Made by a program: the position numbers and the translations under genes
The notes under the pieces: generated by a model
Told to the model about the DNA's origin: nothing
The model's input: the letters and a program-made list of their open reading frames with translations, nothing else
The model's database searches: none
In this document: piece after piece, positions 52,697 through 64,000 of the stretch
Position numbering within the stretch: the stretch's first letter is position 1
Layout of the letters: every line of letters starts with the position of its first letter
NCBI RefSeq assembly: GCF_006345805.1
Contig: NC_043016.1
Coordinates: 27,280,001-27,344,000, forward strand
From: Octopus sinensis
Lineage: Eukaryota
DNA length: 64,000 nucleotides
Direction of reading: 5' to 3'

Positions 52697-53990
52697 ATAT
52701 TTATACATATTAATGTGCACTAAGTTTTAACGCTCTAGCACAGTTATCCGAACGTGGTCGATGCCAGCCCCCGCTTGCTCCCCGTGGCTTCTGTGCCAGT
52801 GCCACGAAAAAAGCACCATCTGATCGTGGTTGATGCCATTGCTCTCTGGCCCCTGTGCCGGTGGCATGTAAAAATCACCTACACACTCTCGAGTGGTTGG
52901 TGTTAGGAAGGGCATCCAGCTGTAGAAACATTGTCAGATCAGACTGGAGTTGATGCAGCCTCCTGGCTTTCCAGATCCCAGTCAAACCATCCGACCCATG
53001 CCAGTATAGAAAACGGACGTTAAACGGTGATGATGATGATATATATATATATATATGTATGTATAAAAAGTAGTTCGTAAGCAAGCTACTACTACAACAC
53101 AGCACTCCTATGCATACATATATATATATATATTTATACATATTAATGTGCACTAAGTTTTAACGCTCTAGCACAGTTATCCGAACGTGGTCGATGCCAG
53201 CCCCCGCTTGCTCCCGCTGGCTTCTGTGCCAGTGCCACGTAAAAAGCACCATCTGATCGTGGTTGATGCCATTGCTCTCTGGCCCCTGTGCCGGTGGCAT
53301 GTAAAAATCACCTACTACACTCTCGGAGTGGTTGGTGTTAGGAAGGGCATCCAGCTGTAGAAACATTGTCAGATCAGACTGGAGTTTGATGCAGCCTCCT
53401 GGCTTTCCAGATCCCAGTCAAACCATCCGACCCATGCCAGTATAGAAAACGGACGTTAAACGGTGATGATGATGATATATATATATATATATGTATGTAT
53501 AAAAAGTAGTTCGTAAGCAAGCTACTACTACAACACAGCACTCCTATGCATACATATATATATATATATTTATACATATTAATGTGCACTAAGTTTTAAC
53601 GCTCTAGCACAGTTATCCGAACGTGGTCGATGCCAGCCCCCGCTTGCTCCCGCTGGCTTCTGTGCCAGTGCCACGTAAAAAGCACCATCTGATCGTGGTT
53701 GATGCCATTGCTCTCTGGCCCCTGTGCCGGTGGCATGTAAAAATCACCTACTACACTCTCGGAGTGGTTGGTGTTAGGAAGGGCATCCAGCTGTAGAAAC
53801 ATTGTCAGATCAGACTGGAGTTTGATGCAGCCTCCTGGCTTTCCAGATCCCAGTCAAACCATCCGACCCATGCCAGTATAGAAAACGGACGTTAAACGGT
53901 GATGATGATGATATATATATATATATTATGTATATAAAAGTAGTTCGTAAGCAAGCTACTTACCAACACAGCCACTCCTATGCTACATAT
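52697..53990 (+). repeat. tandem triplication of a ~435-bp unit (RTE tail + SINE fragment)
   Basis: taagttttaacgctctagc at 52721, 53154 and 53590. Confidence 0.95.
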
Positions 53991-54187
53991 ATATATATAT
54001 ATATATTTGCACACACATATATATGAATATATATATATATGGATAATTTTCAGTTAAAAGATGGTGGTTTTTATTATAGCCAGTGAAGGACTGCGACTGC
54101 GCAGTAAAATTTGAAAAGTTAGTTCATATAAACACGAGAGAAGTGGTTTTGTTTGTCTCTTGTGTATACGTTTAACCCAAGGTTGGA

Positions 54188-54258
54188 CCTGCTGAAGAAG
54201 ATCAGACCTAGTGAGTTCTTGACTCGCTAAATGAATATCAGAAACTAATTGGTCCATG
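54188..54258 (+). ncRNA. hammerhead-like motif with canonical core and long stem II
   Basis: cctg-CTGAAGA-agat..(tagtgagt/actcgcta hairpin)..atca-GAAA-ctaattgGTC-catg, inside a (TA)n-flanked insert at about 54040-54410. Confidence 0.55.
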
Positions 54259-54527
54259 AAACTTGATGGTAAATGTTTTTCGTTTCCAAATTTATTCCTG
54301 TTGAATTTAATCCCCAATTTTTGTGGTTATAGAACCTAGCTGTTCTTTCTAGCATGTAGAATCCCATAAGTGGATTCCTTATGTGTTTAAATATACACTA
54401 TATCGTATGACATATATATATATATATAATATATATTATGTATGTCTGTATGTATATATATATATATATATATATATTATGTATTATATATATATATATA
54501 TTATATGTATAATATATGTATTTATAT

Positions 54528-54588
<61 letters not shown>

Positions 54589-54619
54589 CACACTTTATAT
54601 ATACCATATATATATTTAT

Positions 54620-55422
54620 ATGATATTACACAGGAAAAATCAAAACCAAGGCAGAATAATTATCATTTAGAACAATTTAATTCATGTAAGGTGAATTTGA
54701 AGTCTTACAGCTGTTTTTATAAAACTTTTGTAAGACAACTCAGGTGGTTGGTTAGCATGTCCATGCACTGGGTACTCCATCATCAGACACAATGTATGAA
54801 TATTTTGATGGGGAAAATTTACAGTTTACAAAGAATAAAATTCACAGTTTATAAAGAATAAAATAGAAAAAAGTAGTAAAATAGAAGAATAATGAGTAAA
54901 AGTAGTTAGAAGAATATAGACAGGAGAATGATGTTCACAACTCATCTTTGTTCCAGAGGATATGGATGTTGGTCGGTATTTCCATAAAGGTACAGATCTT
55001 TAATTAAAATCCCAGGTAAATCCAAGTAGTATTTTGGCAGTATTCTAAATGATGTATTCATATTGTAAATGTGTACCTTCATGGAAGTTCTAACCAACAT
55101 CCATATCCTCTGGAAAAAGATGAGTTGTGAATATTATTCTCCTGCCTGTATTCTTCTAAATATTTTTACTCCTTATCCTTCTATTTTACTACTTTATTCT
55201 TGTATTTTATTCCTTATAAACTGTGAATTTTATTCCTTGTGAACTGTAAACATCTAAAATATTTATACCTTGTTTCTCATGACAGAGTACCCAGTACATG
55301 AACATGGTAACCAACCACTTGGGTTATCCCAGAAACAGCTGTAAGACTTCAAATTCACCTTACCCTAATTAAATTATTCTAAATGACTTCAGATACTTCT
55401 ATGATTTTTCCTCTAATATAAT
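54620..55422. mobile_element. large diverged inverted-repeat element with a hammerhead-like motif in each arm
   Basis: Arms at about 54620-54985 and 55080-55422; motifs at 54702-54790 (-) and 55272-55347 (+) with palindromic ACAGCTGT stem III. Confidence 0.65.
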
Positions 55423-55585
55423 ATATACATGCTATAACGGAATATCCAGCCTTAGCTGTGATCTTGGAACCTAATAGTCAGCCAACTGTAGTACTTACTC
55501 AGCGTACTTATTTGTTTAGATCACAAGTGAACTCAATCCCTCATATTCTTAATATATGTGTGTGTGTGTATGTATGTATGTACAT

Positions 55586-55653
<68 letters not shown>

Positions 55654-55761
55654 CATACATATCTAAGAAGATAAACGACAATAGGAGGGGAAAAACATCA
55701 TATAACATGAATACTAACAGACACACACTAACACAGTATTATATATATATAACCCACATTT

Positions 55762-56500
55762 CATCATCATCATCATCATCATCATCATTTAGCGCCCACT
55801 GTCCACGCTGCATGGGTTGGACAGTTTGACCAGGGCTGGTAAGCTGAGGGTCTGCACCAGACCCTAGTCTGATCTAGCATGGTTTCTATGGCTGTATTCC
55901 CTTCCTAACGTCAACCACTCTGAGAGCGTAATGGGTGTTTTCACATGCCACCGGCATGGGTATCAGTTTTCATGAGACCAATTTCTGCCATGACTGCAAT
56001 TTCACTTGGCTTGATGAGTCTTCTCAAGCACAGCATATTGTCAAAGGTCTTGATCACTAGTCATTACCTCTGTGAGGCTCAGTACTCAGAAGGTGCTTTT
56101 TACATGCCACCAGCACAGGTGCTGGTTGCACAACTCCAGCATTGACTACACAAGGCCCAAAACTTGAAAGGTGCTTTTTAAATACCACCAGCATAGGCGC
56201 CAGATACATGACACCAACAACAACTACAGCTTTGATTTCACTTGGTTTGACAGGTCTTGTCAAGCACGGCATATTGCCAAAGGTCTCAGTCAGTAGTTAT
56301 TGCCTTCACGAGGTCCAACATTTGAAGAACATGCTTCACCACCTTGTCCCATGTCTTCCTGGGTATCCTCTTCCACAGCTTCTTCAGTACTTCTTCACAT
56401 AATTGTTCACATCCATATGCAACACATAACCATACCAACACAATCATCTCTCTTGTACACCACATCTGATGCCTCTTATGTCCAGCTTTTCTCTCAAGAT
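55762..56500 (-). mobile_element. older RTE LINE 3' fragment
   Basis: Reverse match to 57380-58082; (CAT)n tail. Confidence 0.75.
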
Positions 56501-57004
56501 ACTTATACTGTCATACATGCATATATATATATATATAATGGATGTGTTATAATACTATTCTGCACATACAATAACAGCCATACCAACAAACCAACAAACC
56601 TCCATCATCAGCTGCTTCATGGATATCACTATGGTTTCGACACTTGGGCAGTACCATTCAATCCGAACTAAAATATGTGTTGTTTGGAGACAAACATACT
56701 TTAGATATCACCACATTCATTCAATCTTAATTTTAGGAAGGATTAAACACTAATATTATTGATTAAACTACAACAAATAAATACATTTACACTATGTGTG
56801 TGGTAGGGTGTAAATATATATATATAATGTTATGATAAAAACTACAATAAAAACACCAACCTTATCAAGATTTTTGGCTTTTATTATAACATTACCTTTA
56901 CTCTCCAAACCAATCAAGTGCTTTTCTACATACATACATACATACATACATACATACATACATACACACATGCATGCATGCATGCACATGTTTGTGTAAA
57001 CATC

Positions 57005-58082
57005 GCCACATTCCAGGGAGAAAAACTAGAAATAGTTGATAGCTTCCGTTACCTAGGTGACCAAGTCAGTAGCAGGGGGCGGATGTGCTGAAAGTGTAAC
57101 TGCTAGAGTAAGAATAGCCTGGGCAAAGCTCAGAGAGCTCTTACTCCTGCTGCTGACAAAAGGCCTCTCACTCAGAGTAAAAGGCAGACTGTATGACGCA
57201 TGTGTACGAACAGTCATGCTACATGGCAGTGAAACATGGGCCGTGACTGCTGAAGATATGCGTAAGCTCGCAAGGAATGAAGCCAGTATGCTCCAATGGA
57301 TGTGTAATGTCAGTGTTCATACTCGACAGAGTGTAAGTACCTTGAGAGAAAAGTAGGATTTAAGAAGCATCAGTTGTGGTGTGCAAGAGAGACATTGCGC
57401 TGGTATGGTCATGTGGCAAGAATGGATGAAGATAGTTGTGTGAAAAAGTGCCACACCCAAGCGGTTGAGGGAACCTGTGGAAGAGGTAGACCCAGGAAAA
57501 CCTGGGACGAGGTGGTGAAGCATGATCTTCGAACTTTTGGCCTCACCGAGGAAATGACTAGAGACCGAGACCTTTGGAAGTATGCTGTGCGTGAGAAGAC
57601 CCAGCAGGACAAGTGAGACCATAACCTGTGGCCTCTACCAGTCCACTTATGCATACCTTTCCTTCTTGGGACACAATATTCTACTTGTGAAGACCTGTTG
57701 AGGCAAGTGAAAATCAAAGTCAAAATCGAAATCGATCAACATCAATGGAAATTGCAGCTATGATACCAGTGCCGGTGGCACGTAAGAGAACCATCTGAAT
57801 GTAGCCATTGCCAGCACCGCCCCGACTGGCCTCCATGCCGGTAGCATGTAAAAAGCACCATCCGATCGTGGCCGTTTGCCAGCCTCATCTGGCACCTGTG
57901 CTGGTGGCACATAAAAAGCACCCACTACACTCACAGAGTGGTTGGCGTTAGGAAGGGCATCCAGCTGTAGAAACACTGCCAGATCAGACTGGGCCTGGTG
58001 CAGCCTTCTGGCTTCCCAGACCCCAGTTGAACTGTCCAACCCATGCTAGCATGGAAAGCAGACGCTAAACGATGATGATGAT
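57005..58082 (+). mobile_element. RTE LINE 3' fragment (RT C-terminus + 3' UTR + (GAT)n)
   Basis: KGRLYDACVRTVMLHGSETW, LRWYGHVARM, GRGRPRKTWDEVV. Confidence 0.9.
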
Positions 58083-58457
58083 ATATATACCTGTAGGATC
58101 TTTTGTTTCGCTTTCACTTTTCAACTCCTTCAATTTTATTCCAATTGATTTCAAATTTGGTGTATCAATATAGTTTTGTATGTTAATAATAATAGGCTCT
58201 CATCAGAAGTGTCTACATCAATTTGGGACAATCCCAGTGAACTAAGAAGTCAATCTGCTTACTTACTCAACAAACCCAGTTGCTAAGTAGAACTGGAACT
58301 ACTAATTTACATACCATATGTGTTTAGTACTTTAATATATATACTTCTATTTTGTGAGTAATACTTAACCATTTGAAACTATTGAATTTGTCCTGCTTTA
58401 TATATGGTTTACTTTTTAAATCACACCATATCAAATTTAAGTCATGGCTGGAGCCAT

Positions 58458-58823
58458 TCTCTTTTACTCTTTTACTCTTTTATTTGTTTCAGTCATTTGA
58501 CTGTGGCCATGCTGAAGCACCGCCTTTATAGTTGAGCAAATCGATCCCAGATCTTAGTCTTTGTAAGCCTAGTACTTATTCTATCAGTCTCTTTTGTCGA
58601 ACCGCTAAGTTATGGGGACGTAAAGACACCAGCATCAGTTGTCAAGCGATGCTGAGGGAACAAACACAGACATATACACGCACATACATATATATATGGT
58701 GTAATGGTTAGCACTCTGGACTTTGAATCCAGCGATCCGAGTTCAAATCTCGGTGAGACCTAAGAGTGTTACTTTTTTAGCATGGAAAGCGGACGTTAAA
58801 CGATGATGATGATGATGATGATG

Positions 58824-58867
<44 letters not shown>

Positions 58868-59024
58868 CAATGGGCTTCCAGTTTCCATCTACCAAATCCG
58901 CTCACAAGGCTTTGGTCGGCCCGAGGCTATAGCAGAAGACACTTGCCCAAGGTGCTATGCTGTGGACTGAACCCGGGACCATGTGGTTGGTAAGCAAGCT
59001 ACTTACCCTACAGCCACTCCTGCA
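58458..59024 (-). mobile_element. tRNA/CORE-type SINE hosting the tRNA-Gln chimera
   Basis: Family match on both sides of 58696-58825. Confidence 0.85.
58696..58761 (+). pseudogene. tRNA-Gln(TTG) copy lacking the first 6 nt of the acceptor stem
   Basis: ATGGTGTAATGGTTAGCACTCTGGACTTTGAATCCAGCGATCCGAGTTCAAATCTCGGTGAGACCT; expected 5' GGTCTC is replaced by (TA)n. Confidence 0.9.
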
Positions 59025-59879
59025 CTTATTCTGTTTATTTTTTTTGTATTTGAAAGTTCTTTGTGCTGTCTTCTTTCTCACATCATGTTTTTATTTTTAT
59101 ATTCATAAACTCATATTAATTTTCTGGTTCTTCTCATTGGTAAATCTAATCAACATATATATAACACACTGTGTAATCAGTATGTATTTAACATGCTATT
59201 TATATTAAGATTTCATTTTATTCCTCTATTATTTATTCTATTTCATGTATTCCATTATGTGGAGGCATGTGGCTTAGTGGTTAGGGTGTCAGCATCATGA
59301 TTGTAAGATTGTAGTTTCGATTCCTGGACCGGGCAACGCATTGTGTTCTTGAGCAAAAACACTTCATTTCACGTAGCTCCACTCCACTCAGCTGGCAAAA
59401 ATGAGCAACGCTGCGATGGACTGGCGTCCCATCCAGCTTGGGAACACATACGCAATTGAAACCAGGAAACCGGGCACATGAGCCTGGCTAGGCTTTAAAA
59501 AGGCACAATTATTTATTTATATTCCACTATATTCCACTATTATTTTTTATATCCAACTTCCTGAAAGGTATCATGTATTCAACTTTAGCCTACATATATT
59601 GCATGCTTGTTTGTATTTCTTGATTTAAGTAGAATAAAAAAACAGAAATAATTTGAAATTACAGATTGAAAATTCAGAAGACCAAGGTGTGTTGGTGCCA
59701 TCTCATGTCTATACAAGAAACATTGTCCTTTATGAAACTTTGTAGTGAAAGTGAATACTAATAATAATGCTTATGTACATTTGTAGCTTTGCAGACAATG
59801 TGCCACTTATGTTGTAAATGTGTAGCTTTTGCATAAACTAAAGTTGCTGTCCCTTTAAAACTTTCAGAAAATGTATGTA

Positions 59880-60292
59880 GAGAGGCTGTGTGGTAAGTAG
59901 CTTGCTTATCAACCACATGGTTTCAGGTTCAGTCCCACTGTATGGCACCTTGGGCAAGTGTCTTCTACTATAGCCTCGGGCCAACCAAAGCCTTGTGAGT
60001 GCATTTGGTAGACAGAAACTGAAAGAACCCCATTGTATATATGTATATATGTATATATATATATGTATGTGTGTGTATATGTTTGTGTGTCTGTGTTTGT
60101 CCCCCCAACATCACTTGACAACTGATGGTGGTGTGTTTACGTCCCCATAACTTAGCAGTTTGGCAAAAAAGACCGATAGAATAAGTACTCGGCTTACAAA
60201 GAATAAGTCTTGGGGTCAATTTGCTCGACTAAAGATGGTACTCCAGCATGGCCACAGTCAAATGACTGAAACAAGTAAAAAGATTAAAGAGT
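59880..60292 (+). mobile_element. tRNA/CORE-type SINE, CpG-decayed
   Basis: Family match in forward orientation. Confidence 0.85.
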
Positions 60293-60882
60293 AACCTGTG
60301 GGTAAGACCATGATTTTTTATCTGTCACTACTTTTGCAGATTCCCATGAATCTTTGTTGCCATCGAACTCAATTATTATGAATTTGAAATGAGAGCTTGA
60401 GTCATAGTGAATCTTTCATTAGCTGATTACCCAATCATGGATGCTGCCCCTATGGATGCATTGCAGCTCCTCTCTTGATAGAGCTAGGTGATCCTGACCA
60501 TTGATTTTCTGGGATTCCGCCACTCAGCATTAATGAAAGAAACACCATTTGTCCAGTTGAGCACTTATGCTACCTCTTCACAAGCTACCTTGCTGCAGTC
60601 TCATAACTTTGCCGCATCCCTGGCAGAATGGCTGAATGGATGCTATGCCTTGCCAAAAGGCAGCCAGTAACTACGTAGGACACAGTCATCACTCCGTAAA
60701 GTATTTTCAAAATATCTACATACCTATGAAAATCAAGTACTCATGTGTAAATAAGCATATATTTTGGTAGTTTTAAATACATATGCATGTACAACATTTT
60801 TGAAATTAGGTAGAACATTTGTTGTAGAAAATAATGTAGAATAATGATTGACTTATTGATAACAATATATTGTACATATTAA

Positions 60883-61104
60883 CTCTTTTGTTACCATATT
60901 TCTGTTGAGATGCTCTGTGTTTCTTTCAATGAATTTTATGTGTAGCAAAGAGTTTAATAAAATAACTTAGTTATCATTAAGCTAGTGTTAGGAACATAAG
61001 TTGTGACTAAGGTTTGGTAGGAGACTTTCATTCAGAACTTTTGAAAACAAGACATTTGTACTACAAAGCCAGAGGTGGTTTCAGGCAGGTTGGTATCAAA
61101 AGGG
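60883..61104. mobile_element. piggyBac-type MITE
   Basis: TTAA on both sides; TIRs ctcttttgttacca / tggtatcaaaaggg. Confidence 0.75.
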
Positions 61105-61410
61105 TTAAGAGTAACCAAATCTGTATAATATTTGAGGAGCGATAAAAACAATTTTCTTATTTTCCTGTTATTTTGGCATTTTCACTTACATCCTCATACT
61201 CTTCTTTGAACAACACCTCCCAACATTATTGACTGCTTGAGTACTCAAGTTTTTAATATATTCAAGAAAGAATTAAGTAAATGAAGGTAATATATTATAT
61301 ATATATATATTTAAATAATGAGGGAGATAAATTAATATTAATTTTAATATCAATTTAAAACCAGTAGTCTAGCATACAAAAATCTGAGAATCAGAGAAAA
61401 TTCTAATATA

Positions 61411-61657
61411 TGTGTATATTGGCAGGGCAAGACTGCTAGGTAGTCGGCCGTATGCTAGAAATAGATCATCAACGATCAAACTACAAAGAAAGTTCTCTAG
61501 AGGAAAAATTCAGCGAACACCAGAACCAAATTTGGCGGGCAGGACAGATGAAAATTTATATAAAAAACAGAATTAATTGCATACCTCGGTTTCGGCCTTG
61601 ATCATTGATGATCTATTTCTAGCATACGGCCGACTACCTAGCAGTCTTGCCCTGCCA

Positions 61658-61668
<11 letters not shown>
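61411..61668. mobile_element. inverted-repeat element in (TA)n
   Basis: About 68-bp near-perfect arms at 61411-61479 and 61598-61668. Confidence 0.7.
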
Positions 61669-61745
<77 letters not shown>

Positions 61746-61750
61746 GTATG

Positions 61751-61782
<32 letters not shown>

Positions 61783-62095
61783 TGTATGAATGTATGTATG
61801 TATGTATGTATGTAGAGAGAAAGAGAGAGCTATTAGTGAGGGATTATAAATCTGGTCAAAATACTTTATAAGCTCTGTGTTGGCATACTAGTCTAACAAT
61901 GTTAATTAATTAGTGAAGAATTCCAGGTATTCTTATTGCAGAGTTCAAGGTTATGGTTCATCACAATTCTATATTGTAAATTGGTGGGTGGGCTCCTGAC
62001 AAATTGGTTTTTAAATAGAGTGATATATAAGAAACAAATTAAAAATAATGTTCATTTTCCTTTATTGTACTAATTGTTTCTAGTAATAATTATAG

Positions 62096-62222
62096 GTACT
62101 TTACTGATAGGCTTACTAAACTGGTATATTGATCAATTGAGAAAAATTGAACAGCCTAAGGTCATTCAATTTTTTCTCAATTGTTTACTATGTCAATTGA
62201 GTAAACCTATCAGTAATGTACA
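62096..62222. repeat. imperfect ~125-bp palindrome, MITE-like
   Basis: ttactgatagg / cctatcagtaa and caattgagaaaaattgaa / ttcaattttttctcaattg. Confidence 0.65.
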
Positions 62223-62814
62223 TAAAATGACCACTGAGAACAGCAGTAAGTGAAATTTGGTCCAATAAAGGAAAAATATGCAATGACCATTATTTTTAAC
62301 TTGTTTTACATACAGATGAATGTATGTATGTATGTATGTATGTATGTATGTATGAATGTATGTATGTATGTATGTATGTATGTTGTATTTGTATGTATGT
62401 ATGTATGTATGTATGTGTATGCATGCATACTTGCATATATACTAATTTTCGTAACTTTATTTATATTTAAATTTCCTCTATCATCTTTATTCAATTTATT
62501 CATTTATTATTCTAATTCTATTTACCTACTCCATCTTATCACCAACCAGCCTGCAAACACCTCGCTCAAACACATAATAATACAAATCATAAACAGTATC
62601 ATTGAGTCTACTCTAATGAACTGATAAACATATATAAAACTCCAAGGGTATATTTTCTTCCCTCTGGAGATATGCTCAGGGCATATGAATTTATATTTAA
62701 TTAATTCACTGAGTATTAATTGAAACAGCTGTAAAGGATAACGATTGATTTGTTGTTAATAATAACAATCAACTTCCCAGTCTCCATTTTCTTTTTCTTC
62801 TTATACACACACAT

Positions 62815-62874
<60 letters not shown>

Positions 62875-62878
<4 letters not shown>

Positions 62879-63200
62879 GTAAAAGTAATATGTGACAATT
62901 ATTTGGTAGCCATGATAAAACTCTGAGCTTTGGATGCCAAGGTGGAAATCCACACCACCATCTCTTCAGTTAGCCAGCCATCGGAAAAATACTATGAAAA
63001 GGATTTTTTCATAGTATTTTTCCGATGCCCAGATAACTGAAGAGATGGCGGCATGGACTTCCACCTCGGCATCTGAAGCTCGGAGTTTTATCATGGCTAC
63101 CGAATAATTGTCACATTACTTTTACAGATAAATTCCTCTATTTACATAATATTGAGGTCTCTTTCATTCTTTTGTTGTCTTACCATTTCTATCAATATAT
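62875..63200. mobile_element. palindromic element with hammerhead-like motif (63032-63092 +, mirrored in left arm)
   Basis: About 125-bp arms centred near 63002; gataa-CTGAAGA-gatg..catc-tGAAg-ctcggagtt-ttatc; tail 63130-63200 also present inverted at about 8533-8597. Confidence 0.7.
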
Positions 63201-64000
63201 ATATATATATATATATAAACATACACATATATACATTTAAATCCAAATTGAGGGACTTTGGATTTTTATTCACATTCATAGCAACCCAAGTTGCTAATGT
63301 GAACTATAAAAGAATTATACCTGCTACAGACCTCCTACACCTAGATTCTTGGATCATACAATTACATATCATTATATATATAAACGTAAATTTGAGAGCA
63401 TCTACCTGTTTTTTCTAGCATGTTGTGAAACCACCTATCGGACAATTTTTCTATGTAAATGTTTTTAAAGTACCCTTCATAATAGAAATAATTGAATATT
63501 CTCTACAAAATTTAACAAAATTTTATGAAGCATTAAAAATTGTACTTTTGGAGGTTTCACATACTGTTACAGATAATACCTAAGCGACCACAAATTTGAA
63601 TTTTCATATAAGATGAAGGGCACTTTGAGAAGTATTTCGTAAAAGCGACTGCCAAGTGCCCTCAATATCATATTGTTGTTCATACAAAAACGAAAAGACA
63701 CTTTAAAACAACTAAAAGAACCTCGCCCTGGTTGTCAAGGGAAGCTACTCATAATATATTCCCAGAGTTATTTCCCTTAACCTAGACGGAAGAAGGATGG
63801 ATAGACGGGTGGACAGACAAACAGACAGATAGAAAGATTTCTTTATTGGCCACGCAGGGCTGAAGACAGACGAGACAAAATACAAAGTAGAGCTTTTCTT
63901 TTGGGGAAGAAGAGGAGGAAAGAAAAAAAGGGTCGAATTCCGATCAAAAGGGATCGTGGAAAAAAATTGGGGTGACAGACAGACAGGCAGGCAGGCAGGC

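Noticed and set aside
54054-54317. 87-aa minus-strand ORF as a host exon
   Set aside because: No convincing acceptor; lies in a TA-flanked insert better explained by the hammerhead-bearing repeat
58690-58761. Functional tRNA-Gln gene
   Set aside because: 5' acceptor strand is missing, so the acceptor stem cannot pair
60340-60680. Possible plus-strand exon after ttttgcag
   Set aside because: Frames close quickly and no clear donor

Overview
AT-rich, microsatellite-dense animal DNA with a 100-N gap at 5518-5617. The SINE families look like those of octopus (inference from repeat content). Most ORFs in the supplied track are microsatellite translations. Host coding sequence is limited to 3-4 minus-strand exons of an unidentified coiled-coil protein (441-5084). 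The rest is a nested transposon graveyard: Tc1 and mariner copies, a Merlin element with intact TIRs and an 8-bp TSD, a Tigger/pogo element, Helitron-like elements, a Gypsy remnant, a young Dong/R4-type LINE in (TAA)n, RTE, CR1 and HERO-like LINE pieces, Penelope-like (PLE) RT and GIY-YIG remnants, and many tRNA-derived SINEs. The main finding is a set of at least six unrelated short elements, mostly palindromic and inserted in (TA)n, that each carry a minimal hammerhead-ribozyme-like fold. Their cores include compensatory 3-8 variants (GUGAACA, UUGAAAA) that a standard CUGANGA search would miss. A second finding is a pre-tRNA-Gln/RTE-LINE-tail chimera at 58696-58825 that has the layout of a newly formed SINE. 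All folds and family assignments were made by eye.
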